Part shown: positions 49,516 to 61,298 of the stretch, piece by piece
Position numbering within the stretch: the first letter of the stretch is position 1
How the letters are laid out: each line of letters begins with the position of its first letter
NCBI GenBank assembly: GCA_012295275.1
Contig: CM022667.1
Span: 21,142,001 to 21,206,000 of the forward strand
Direction of reading: 5' to 3'
Length of the DNA stretch: 64,000 bases
DNA from: Chrysomallon squamiferum
Taxonomy: Eukaryota > Animalia > Mollusca
Translations under genes and position numbers: made by a program
The notes under the pieces: model-generated
The model's input: the letters and a program-made list of their open reading frames with translations, nothing else
Told to the model about the DNA's origin: nothing
The model's database searches: none

Positions 49516-49767
49516 TTCGGGTGATATATAATGTTACAGGAAAATGACCTTTGTGAAAATTTTATCACCTACCTTAGGTATTACCTACAACAGGCACAGA
49601 AATGATTCGATTCCTTTTTATGATTTTATTATAATTATTAATTTTATTATCTTGCATTACAAGTTATAGTCTAAGTATCATAACTGTGTACTTACCTTCA
49701 TCTGAAGAGTATTTTTGGAAAGTTTGGACGCATTCGACGGCACCATCTTAGATGAATATGCTGCCAT
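43791..49767 (-). CDS. MPHOSPH6: M-phase phosphoprotein 6 (MPP6), nuclear RNA exosome cofactor, 163 aa, 5 coding exons
   Basis: Exons 49767-49696 (..SKLSKNTLQMK), 47663-47551 (FMQR..DDEHWVLDLP..), 46352-46262 (..CEHLVFGRMSFKGFNPEVE), 45758-45664 (KLMK..EVDDNEMANR), 43911-43791 (YSSLIGVIAKKLAKKR..FLKPVD*). All GT-AG and phase-consistent. Hallmark motifs LSKNxLxMKFMQR, GRMSFKGFNPEVEKLM and C-terminal FLKPxD. Confidence 0.96.
45356..45441. repeat. ~85-bp hairpin-containing segment, copy 1 (MPP6 intron 4)
   Basis: Near-identical to 46655-46741. Confidence 0.85.
46655..46741. repeat. ~85-bp hairpin-containing segment, copy 2 (MPP6 intron 2)
   Basis: Near-identical to 45356-45441. Confidence 0.85.
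47089..47347. mobile_element. hAT-Charlie (MER5/MER20-like) MITE, 259 bp, in MPP6 intron 2
   Basis: Imperfect TIRs CATAGGTTTTCAACCT and reverse complement CACTGGTCATCAACCT. Perfect 8-bp TSD GTTTAGAT at 47081-47088 and 47348-47355, close to the Charlie NTCTAGAN preference. Confidence 0.88.
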
Positions 49768-49930
49768 TATGTTAAATTGTGGAATTAAACACTGTTACCG
49801 GTAAAATATCAGTTTAATTTCATTTCATGGTCGCCATTTATTCAATCAACTGGCTTTGCTACGATTGTTTATACGGTTATCCAATGCGGGGCAACTGAAT
49901 AGAAACAGTTAATGACATAAACGAAGGGAG
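49768..49930. promoter_or_regulatory. Putative compact bidirectional promoter shared by MPP6 (-) and TDRD12 (+)
   Basis: MPP6 ATG at 49767 and a plus-strand donor GGGAG|GTAAGT at 49930/49931 lie within 165 bp. YY1-like CGCCATTT at 49832, CCAAT at 49881, several YAACNG motifs. Confidence 0.55.
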
Positions 49931-50590
49931 GTAAGTAGGAAGAAGTTTAGGAAAGGATTTGTATGGTGACAAGTTTCAACAAGTGACTTTTACTCCCATT
50001 AACTCAGTTCTACGCACGTTTTGCAGCCGAATTTAGACAAATAAACAAAACTAACCCAACAGTCTGTTAAAAGAAAGTAACAAAAACAATGGTAGTGCAA
50101 TACGCCAATAGCGGTGCAAGATGTCGTGTCCTAACGACTAAGATACCCCTTATCTGTGACTATTGGGTTGAGACAACTCTGTATGATGTATCTTGTCTTC
50201 ATTTTCAATCCTGTAATGGCGGCGTTTGGTGTTGGCTATCCAGGTATCCTTATTTTATGAAGTATCCCATATACCCCATTAGTCCCATGAAAATAAAATT
50301 AATATGTTAATATATTTTTTCCTGCTGAATTACATGTAGGCAATCTACTGGCAGAAATAATTTTCAGGAACAAATATTTTCCCCTCATCCATATTGTAAA
50401 ACAAAACATCAGTTTCAGTTTAATATTTCATTCAATTTATTTCACCTCATGGTTGCTTTTTGCTGCGATTGTTTATAAGCAGTGTTAAGCAATTACGGTT
50501 ATCCCATGCGGCGCAATTGAATAGAAATAGTTGAATGGCGGTAAAATTGAAAAAACTTAATACATTTTATTTTGTGGTGGCATAAAAAAT

Positions 50591-51205
50591 GGTGATAAGA
50601 AAAAAGTCACAGTTCAGTATAGGAAAAAAGTCACAAAATGTATGGGTTTGTAGAGTATTGAATGTGGCATGAGGTGATTCTTAAGCTTATTGATTAGGCT
50701 AGATTAAAGAAAGGGGCTTCATATTGGGTCTAGCTTGGGTTTAGCTTACTGATTAGGATAGATTTAAACTAAGGGCTTCCTATTGTAAATGATTTATAAA
50801 ATGTCACAGGTTAAAATGTGTTTCACTATATATTCTCCAGCTTCTCTAGTATCAGAAGTATGTTTAATATGGAAGTTATTCATAGCAACAAGGGCGGTAA
50901 CAAAATCTGTTATGAGGGGTTCATGTATACCAAACATGCAACTCGCAAAACAAAGGTATGGAGAAATGTGTCAAAAAAATCTAGTTGTAATTGTCGAGAT
51001 TCAAAGGTAACAGACTTACAGAGAGAGCCTTGAGGATCACAAGACTGTGGCAGAATTTCTTCATGGTATTGGGTAATAAACATCAGCCTAAACCACCAAC
51101 ATTAAAATCAAAGAACATGTGTTTCCTTTATCTTTCATTTCTAATATATTTCTTAATTTTAATAAAAAATTGTGACTTTTCCCTGTGACTTTTTTTCTTT
51201 TACAG
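50591..51205 (+). mobile_element. Mutator-like (MULE) non-autonomous element with FLYWCH-domain remnant
   Basis: Inverted termini AAGAAAAAAGTCACAG (50597) and CTGTGACTTTTTTTCTT (51183), with repeated AAAAGTCACA units. ORF 50818-51033 MEVIHSNKGGNKICYEGFMYTKHATRKTKVW.. resembles the FLYWCH zinc finger of MULE transposases. Confidence 0.7.
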
Positions 51206-51892
51206 TTATTTAGTTCTGAACCATCTGAATGTAGATAGGGGAGTACTTTTGTTTTTAATGATCAATTTCAGTGGTTTCATACCATTATCAGTCAGAAAGA
51301 AAGCTTAGTGAGATCTCTAAGAATTAAAACAATGAAACAAATGGCTATCTAAAGGCAGTCATCTGAAGAAAAGACCTCCAAGTTCATTGTAGAAGATGTC
51401 TCACACCTGGCTACAGGATGTGTAGAATTCATTCCACCATACCTGCCTTGTTTTAAGTAAATCAGTGTTAGGAGTTGTCATTGAAAAGTCAGTTGTGACC
51501 TGTGATACAACCTCTATTTTTATATATATTTTTTGCTAGTGTTAAAAAAATAAAAATAAAGACAAAGTGATAAACATACAAAATTATGAGATAGCTATTC
51601 AGAATTGCCATTAATTTCAGGTTATAATCTAACCTTGATAGCACTAAAAAGGCCTTTTAATTTTTGTAATGTTAATGATAATGTAAAATTATTCTGATAC
51701 AAATTCTGAAATCTAAAAAACTGGATAACAGTATTAATAACAAATGTTAATGATTTATTTCAATGTATGTTAATTATTTGATTTCTCATTGTCATAACTA
51801 CCTCTTCACAAAATTTGTTTTTCTTAATTAGGTTTTGAATTTCAATAAAACCAGAAGCATCCTAATCGTTATTTACAGACTCATGCATCAGT

Positions 51893-54116
51893 ATGGATCA
51901 CAATATTATTGATTTAACAGTTATCCAGGTAAGCAGCTTTAGAAACGCATTTATTAAAAAATGCAAAAATCTGTTTTTAAAAAATAGATAAATAAAAAAA
52001 ATTGTGATATAAAGAAAATATCTATGTTAGAAACAAAAATAAATAAAAAAATAATAAAGATAACTGTAATCAACATTCCCTCTTATTTTTCCACTGTTGA
52101 ACTTTTGACCTTTGGCAAAACAGTTGTACTTTGTAAATTAAAATGAGAGGCAGCACATTGATGTGCATGGCACCAGCAGCAACACAGTGACTGAACCACC
52201 CAGGTTACACTGAATTTAATATTTTGTTATCAGTTTTTTTATTTTATTTAATAAACTTTTAATAGAAAAGGATCCTTTATAAGCACATTTGTAGTCATAC
52301 AAAATTACTTAATGTCTATGTTGATATTGGAAATATAAGATTGTATGTATTATTTTATTTTCTGTTTTAGGTGACCAGTCCTGGAAACTTTATAGCCAAA
52401 GAGGTTGCTAATGTATCCCCCAAAAATGTATCAGAATTCAGTTCATTTCTTGATTTTGCTGGACAGATGAACAGATATTATGAACATGAAGAACAATCTC
52501 TGCTTCAAGAATCTCCAATAATTGTAAGAAAAATACTTAAATTTATACTTTATATAAATTAACAATCACTTATAGCTGTCAATAAGGATATAAAATTTCA
52601 TTTCATTTTCAAACAAATCATTGTATGAATTTTTAAAATGCCAATAAAATGTGTTCTAAAGTGATATTTTTGATTTTTGTAATAAGCAGTGTAAATATTT
52701 TAATTAATACAGGGTGAGGTCTATGCTGGTAAGAGACAGAGTGACAAAGGATGGTACCGTGTGAGGATAATCGACATCTTCATAGCTCCAGGAAGACAGA
52801 CGGCACAGTTAGTACATTCTTTTTGTTAATGATAAATTCCAGAATCTGAAAGTCTTCTACGTTCCAGACACTTTTTCAAACATTCAAAGTAGTAACAGCT
52901 TTCTTATGTGAAGTATAAACATTGTTTATAAAAAACCTATTTAATCAATTTAATATTTATATAAAATTTCCTTAAGACTTTGTTTAAAAGCAGGTGAAAT
53001 ATAGATGAAATAAGCTGTTTCTGCTCCCAAGTCTTGAGTTGTTTGGAAAAGGGATGCTCACTGAGTACTGTGAAAAAGATTAACAGATACATTTATGACA
53101 CTGACTGTACAAAAATTATAATGTTTTACAGATTTGTATATTTTATGCTAAAATACATGCATATGTATGTGATTTGGATTAAATAATTAAATTTATATCC
53201 ATGCCTAATTTATGGTTTGTCTTTGACAAAGGAGAAGATTTAAAATATTGTTACTGATATGATACCAATGATTCAGAAACTTCCAAATTTCAATAATTTT
53301 AAATGTGAGAAAATATAGAATTTAATCATGAATGTAATCTTTTTATTTTTAGATGTAAATTAATTGATTATGGCAGCGTGGAACTAATATCAACCAGTTT
53401 GTAAGTTATGACTACATTATTTTCTATGTAAATTTTTACCTATTCAAATTAATAATTTTAATTTGATTTCCCCTACATTTGAGAATAAAAATGTGATAAA
53501 AAAATATGCATGTTTAGCAAAGAGACAATCCATATTTAAATACAAAATGTAGTTTTATTTTATTTATACAATGTTTTAACAATTATTTCTTATTCAGGAT
53601 TCGAACATTACCAAAATACTTCAGTAATTTTCCATTTCAAGTTCAGACATACAGACTAAGTGGTATCCAGCCTCTCACTCTTGGTTTTGATAAAAACCTC
53701 ATTGCAGTTGAAAGGTTTGTGTTTATATCTATTTATCATTCTGAAATAGAGCAGCAGCTGATTTTTATATATTTTTGTAGAATTCTAAATTTTAAATACA
53801 TAATACAATAAACTGTTCACTGAAAACTGTTCGTTGAAAACTGTTCTTTGCTGATGATATTCTGTTCAAAGAAATCAGGTATATTTTAATTTTTAATTGT
53901 GTGTATGTTATTTATTTCAGACCATCAGAACGCTGGGACTCTGCTGCTGTTGAGTATTTTAAAAAACTTATTGAAGGCAAGTTCAACCTGTCACTCTGAT
54001 GTAGTTATTAGTCTTTAAGCTAGTCTGCCATTTTGTTTTTAAAGAATTCTGACTTTTTTGTTAACACTAATAACAGTAAAATTCTAATGTCCATATTTTG
54101 AAATTTTGAAGTGTTA

Positions 54117-54171
<55 letters not shown>

Positions 54172-57100
54172 GACAACATCATAACAAAAATAATAAAATT
54201 AACAATAACTTTAGCAATAATAAATGCAATTTGTAAATTTACTTTGTAGAGTCAGAAAACATACAAGCAGAAATTGTTAGCCGTGACTCTAGTGGTGTGA
54301 ATTTTGTGAGGCTGTTTCTAAGAAACCATACAGAGGTTTTGTGTGTAAATGATCATCTCTGTTTGTTAAAATATGCTACAAAACAAAACGGTAAGTTGGC
54401 TTTTTTTCTAAATTTTATAATATTGTAACCAAATAAAATAAGTAACCAGTTAATTCAAGAGTAAGACTGAGAACAACTACACGTACTTTAAACTGAATAT
54501 TTTTTTTAAGAGTGACTGGTAAGCAAAAATAATTTCAGTCCTAAAATATCAAGAATCTCTCCTCAACTGTCAAAAAAATGTCATTTTCCTTCTTCTTACA
54601 AATAATATTAAAGGTGATTTGTATCTGCATACCTGTTCATGGCAGTTGCTTTGCAATTAATAACAGCCCATCAAATAATGGATTACTTCATTATAAAAGA
54701 TAATAAATAATATTTAAAGTGCTTCTAAATAAAATATATAATAATATATGATTAATAATAAGTAATATTAAAGATTATGTTATTGGGTATAGGTGTTCAT
54801 CATATTATAAATATATTTGTTTTCAATTTTCAGACTCTGTTCCACAGAAAATAATTGTATCTACAGGACACATGAACAGAACAGTAGATGAGTACTTAAA
54901 ACAGAAAAAGTTAAAACAGTCTGATTCAGACAAAGATAATTACACTGCATTAAATACATCTGGTGTAAGAAGAGAAATACCAGGTTTCATGTCAGGTTAT
55001 GATTCTGATGCCTCTGTCAGATTGAAAACTCTGCCTGCTGGTGATCTTAATAAACTGAATTTGAAGAAAGAATTGAAAATTAATCCTACTGTAGCTTCCT
55101 GTTTGTCTAATGAAGGTCAGCAGATGGGTGGTGAAGGAGGAGAGGTAGATTCAACAGCTATTCCTCTGTCTGAACATCTTCTCTATGAGAATCCAACATT
55201 ACCTACTGAAAAAGGTTATCAGAGTGAGACTATAAAAGATGTTCTGAATAGATCTTCACTTGAAACACTCCAGATTAGCAATATATTTCAGAATAACAAA
55301 TATCCTGTTTCACCTAAACAAATGGGAAGAGGAGAAATTCTTGCAGCAGCAGCAATGACAGAGAGGTCAAGTGGTCTGGTTAAAAGAAAGGATCATTTGC
55401 ATTCAGCATGCCAGTTCAGTAAAAGTGACAATACAAAGTCTGAAAGAGAAATTAGTAATACATCATATAAAGATATGAATAAATCACAATTTACAGAACG
55501 GCAAGAATTTTTAGGACGAATGCCAACAAGTCAAGATAATATAAACATACATTCAAAACCTGAGGGAGATGGTATAATGTCTATTAACAAGAACTCACCA
55601 GAAGCTGCTGAAATGGTTTCGTGTTTGGGAAGAGGACAGAGATTTCAATCTTCTCATTCAGGTCAAATTCCTAACCAGACTGGCACAGGTCTATCAGGAT
55701 GGGGCATCAGGTCGAGCAGTCAAAGTGATTTAAGACCACTAGATAAAAATACTGGCAGAGTGCAAAATTTTAATCCATCAAAACTTATTTCAAATTCAAA
55801 TTGTGCAGAGAAGTTAACAGTCTGCCCCACAAAGTCATTGGGGAGAGGTCAGAGACTGATACATCTGATTCAAAGCAGTCAGGTTAATACCAATGTCAAA
55901 GAACAGCAGAAGTTTGAAGATGCTGAAAAGCATTTTAAAGATTCCAGTAATGAGACACAAGATATTTCTGACAACAACATTGAGGAGTCAGTGAATTCTT
56001 TGTTAAACGTGATTACTCAAGGTTTTTTTAATGCTTCAGAGAAAAGAAATAAAGGATCAGGAGATAAAACAAATATGACATTTAATTTATCACAGTGTTG
56101 TGTAAAATCCAAAAATGCTGAGAATCCATCTAAGCCAACAGAGCCCACTAGATCATCAGTTATAAACAAAATCCCAACAGCTTTATTAGATAGAAATAAA
56201 TCAGTGGAAAGTCATACATCTTTGTTAGGGAATAAAATGTTAGAAACTGAATCTGTTACCTCATTAGAAGCAGGTACAATAACCGTGACACAGAAAACTA
56301 CATGCATGCAACCTGTCAGTGAGAAAACCATCTCATTTACACATGTAACAGAAAAACAAAGGTTAGAGGCATCACCTGTAAAAGAAAAAGATATATCTTT
56401 TGCAACAGAGGACCTGAAGTCCAGTCCAGAGCTGCAGTCTGTTATTAAAGGCAGAAGACCAAACTTTGCTGAAGACAAGCAGACAAAACCAGTGGAGAAC
56501 AAACTTTCAAACACTGATTCAAAGTAACTGAAATTCTTTCTAATTATATTATTTTTGTTGTTATTTTTTGGTTTTCAAAAAAGGGTAATATCTATGTTAT
56601 TTAAAAATGTGTAACTGTCATAAGACTTTTAAGGTTCTTGTTTTTCATAAAAAAAATCCACTGAAATGTGTTAAGACAGTTAGCTCTTTATATAGTAGCA
56701 TCTTATTTACCTAGCAGTATGTGTTTAACCCAGGTGTGAGCAAACTACAGTGCATGGGCTGCATGCAGCCAGCCAAAAGGTTTTATGAACCTTGATATCA
56801 AGTTCTATACTTAAGTTATTTGGCGATAAAATGTTAGTAAATTGTTTTAACCATTGAAGAAAACTTTAAAAATCATTGATTTAATGTCCTTACTGTAGAT
56901 CTATAATTTTATGGCTTATAGATCTTTGTTTTTCAAGATGAAACAGGGTTAGATCTAGTGATCTAAAAATAGTTCACTTGTTTGTGAGCATAACACTTAT
57001 TATCAGTGCTCTTGCCACAGCAGGCACATAACTCAAAAACCGTGTAGAATTTAATTTCTGATTCGCACGAGATTTCTGTTGTCTACATGAGACTCTAGTC

Positions 57101-60100
57101 TAGAATAGCCTACAACTCTACATGTATATCTAGAGTTCTCATCTGCCTTCCAAGGACTGACTTATTATTTTAGATCACCTTTTACTGTCTGACAAAATTT
57201 ACCCAAAATGAGTTGTTTGAAACTATCTAAAAAGCAAAAAATTAAAGACAAATGCCGTGTTTCTAACAAGGAGTGGACTGAAAAATATTTCTTTACTGAC
57301 ATTGGAATTAAAGCCTTATGTTTGATTTGTTGTGAAACAGTTGACATGTTCAAGGAATACCATTTGAAATGTCACTTTCAAACCAAACAGGCTAACTTTG
57401 GATGCAAGAACTGCAGAAAAAAGTTTTGTATTGGCCAGTAAAATTGCACGGCAAAACAAATCATTTGCAGAAGCAGAATTTATTAAAGATTGTATGGTTG
57501 ATGTGTTGTGTGTCCTGAAGTTAAATCAAAAGTAGAAACCATATCTGTCACAAAGAACTACTGTTTGTCACATAGATGCAATTGAAGTAAATATACAAGA
57601 ACAGCTGCTAGCAGGTGTTGGTAGTTTTCAGTGATTTTCTATTACTTCAGATGAGAGTACAGATCTTCAGAATATTGCTGTTACTCATTTACGTCAGGAA
57701 TTGATGAAAGCTTTGAAATTACAGATTAATTGTTGTCTATTGTGTCACTCAAAGACACTATTACTGAAAAAGATTTTTATGAAACTTGGTATTCTTGTTG
57801 ATTGGGATCCGACAGCACCAAATTCAAAATTTTAGGCCAGTTCAACCAGTGGTGTGGGAGATACGACCCCCCCCCCAATATTGAGATTTTCTGCCAAAAT
57901 GAGTGTGACCACCAACCTTTGAATCTCCATATCTCAGGAACTACTGGGCCAATCTTCATAAAATTGGTATTGTTGAAAAGGCAATATGGCAGGATTCCAA
58001 ATCTGCAATTATTGTTCAGATTGGAGAATGTTGTGGTACATTGACCTTTGTTATGACATTGAAATTGACCTTCAGATGACCTTTCTTGAAATTTAAGCTC
58101 CCACATTTTAACTAAAACATGTAAGAGGTGTAACCATTTTTTTTAGCCACAATATAGATTTAAAGATGCATACCTGCATGGATGATTGATACAGTGCATT
58201 ACAATGAGCACATGGCAGTTAGAAGTTTAAGACAAAGAATTTTCTTGATCTGAATTTCTTTGACAATCTGAAGCTTCAAAATCAGATGTTGATATGTAAG
58301 TATAATGTTTTCTTCATAAAACCTATTAAGTTATATTATCCTGTCAAATGGCCTTGCCAATGGTTTTAAACAAGGTTTCAGTCAACTACAGAACAACCCA
58401 GTCTTCATCCAGTGATGTATTTGTACACCCAGTCTTTGGCACAGAGTGTGAACAAGTCTACCTTGACACTGATTAACTGTTTTTTTAAACATTGATTAAT
58501 TGATTAATATTGAAAATTTGACCCAAATGCCTAAGGCTTGTTGGCCTTTGGCAGTGATACCTGTACTCTGCTGCCATTTTAGTTTTCTGACCTGTTTAAC
58601 TTTACTGAATGGATTTCAGGGCTAGATTTAATATTTAGGAAAGCATTGACATTGTCATATTGAATTCAAGGTGCAGGCCAATACTGAAAACGTATTTCTT
58701 CCAGGGCTAACTGCAGCTTTTACTCTCCTGAGAATGTGTGATCATTCTAAAAAGAAGTCATTATGAAGTGTATGGAAAACTGAGGAAGTTGAACTCCTCA
58801 CTCATCAAAGTGGGATAAAAAACAGGTCATCCAAAGACACTAGTGCCAGGAGACAAGCTTTCAGAAATCAAAGGAATTGTGAGGAGATGGTAAAGAGGTT
58901 GCTGACAAAGGCCAGTTTGCAGCATCCCTGCACAGACCCAATTCTGACCAGTGAGGCTATAATGGACTTCTGCATCAAGAGTATTCCAGGTATTCACTTT
59001 TTCAACATAACACCAGAACACATAGCAAAGTATGAGTTGGAACTACAAGGGAGGTTTCAAGTGGCAAAAACAGTCAAACACAGCAATTTCACCGTTTAGT
59101 TCCAGTGTCTAAGTCAAAGATGCATGCCTACAAGCTGAGCCACCAGAACTAGTATCTGTCCAGGATTCTGAGGAAGATATACATGAGTTACCAGAGGAGC
59201 CTTCCAAGAACCAAAACTATGTTGTCTATATGACAATGAGGCATGGGTTCGGCTAGTTTAGGACATTTCAGAAGAGCATGGAGACTTCTTCATTTGTTTC
59301 ATGCACCGTCATGGACCTTCTGTGAAAGTTATTTCACAGGCCAAATGAAGAAGATACACTTGTTGGACTAGTGAAGGAAAACACGAACTGTTACTAAAGC
59401 ATTCTCAGACAAATACAGTTCCAAGTTGATGGCTTTAAAAGAGGAATTTATAAGACGATTTGCTGATTTCAACGAGGGACAGTTTTATTTTGACTATGAC
59501 AATGAAATAGTTTGCAAAGAACTGCAGATGGAACTGATTGATTTGCAAGCCGACAACGCTTGAAAGAGGATGTTTGAAAGTAAAGCACTGGCCCACTTTT
59601 ATGCTTCTCTGCACTCAGAAAAGTTTCAAATTCTAAAAAAATTTGCAAGAAAGATGTTTGTGTTGTTTAGATCCACTGATATTTGTGAGCAAACTTTCTC
59701 TATAATGAAAGTCAACAAGTAAAAAAACAGATCACTTCTCACAGACGCAATTTTAACAAACTGGTAAATGACTGTGGTCAGTTACTTCATTCTTATTGAC
59801 ATTAATTGTTTTTCAAATAAATGTATTTCAGGTGACGTTTCTATTATTTAGATATTAGTTAATATAAATTAATTGCCTTTTCTTTAAAAAAACAACTTTT
59901 AAATTAATTATTTTAAATTTTAATTATTTTACTTACCATACTATGTATAAAAAAAATAAAAATAAAACTTGCTATCAGCACTCATGTCTACAGTTCATGT
60001 AAATACAGCCTGAAACATCTGAAGACGGCGACTTTTCAACAATTCAGCCAAGCAAATTAAAGAATGTTAGATTACAATCCATTTTAATATTTGATAATGT

Positions 60101-61247
60101 CATTAGTTAATAAACTTTAAAAAATAATAATTTGAAGTAAATTATATAAATTTTATAAAATTAGTTTATCTGCTTTACTTGTTTCAGCACCAAACTGAGA
60201 TAAGAGCCATGTACTGGCATTATAATGATAGCTATTATACCATATATGCAGCAGGGGATGGTGTGTGTGTTATTTTTTTTCAATTCTTCTTATTGTGATT
60301 TTTTTTTTTTTTTAATATTTTTTCGTACTCAGTCTTATGTTGCATTTTGTTAATATAAAAATGGAAGTAGAAATAATCGGAAACGGACATTTGTTTACGT
60401 ATTTATCTGCAGCTACTTTCATAAAAATATCTTTATAACTAAGAAAATTGGATAGTAATGTAACAGATACTTAAAATAAACCAGATTTTTTATAGTCACA
60501 AATGAAACAGGTAATTATATATAAACATATTAAGAATTAGGTCATACTGACGTTTATTTATTTATTTATTTTTAAAATATATTTCAGAAATAAAATTATT
60601 TGCAGCCATATTTTATCTTTATTAGACATTGCTAGACATTAATATATAAATTTTATTATTGACATGTGCCATAGTTGAAACTCAAATGGGTTTAAATTTA
60701 ATCTGACCTAATTTTTTATGAAGGAAGTTAATAGACATCGTTTTAGAAACTGTACATGATATTCCTTTACTAGTAAGGACCTGCTTTCTGGATCATCTAA
60801 ATGAGAAGTAGCAATTATCATACATTTACTATATATAAATAAAAAATTAAAATAAATAAATAAATTCAAGTAATAATCATTTCTGTGCAGAGCTCAAATA
60901 CTGCAAATTACTGCAGAGATATATCTATACTCAACAGGCAGTTAATATTATCTGTATTAAATGAAAAGTATTACTAGGTTTTGTTAGAAATTTTTATATT
61001 AGAACTGCTGAATCTTACTCTATTATTTTATCTGCCTGTTTTCAGCTTTACCTGTTCTGTATTATCTGATGGCTTTATGTCAACACACATCCCTGACAAC
61101 TTCTTACAAATGAAAGGTGAAACAGAGGGACAAAAGTAAGTTTATACATCAAATAATAAAAAAAAATAATGCTATACCAAAATTTAATTCATAACCCTTG
61201 GTTTGAGATACATGGAGATGGAGTTCTTTTTTGTACTTTTAGTGCGT

Positions 61248-61298
<51 letters not shown>

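Noticed and set aside
60188-60260. Candidate TDRD12 exon after GTTTCAG
   Set aside because: In-frame TAA within 5 codons in the required phase; 61046-61135 fits instead.
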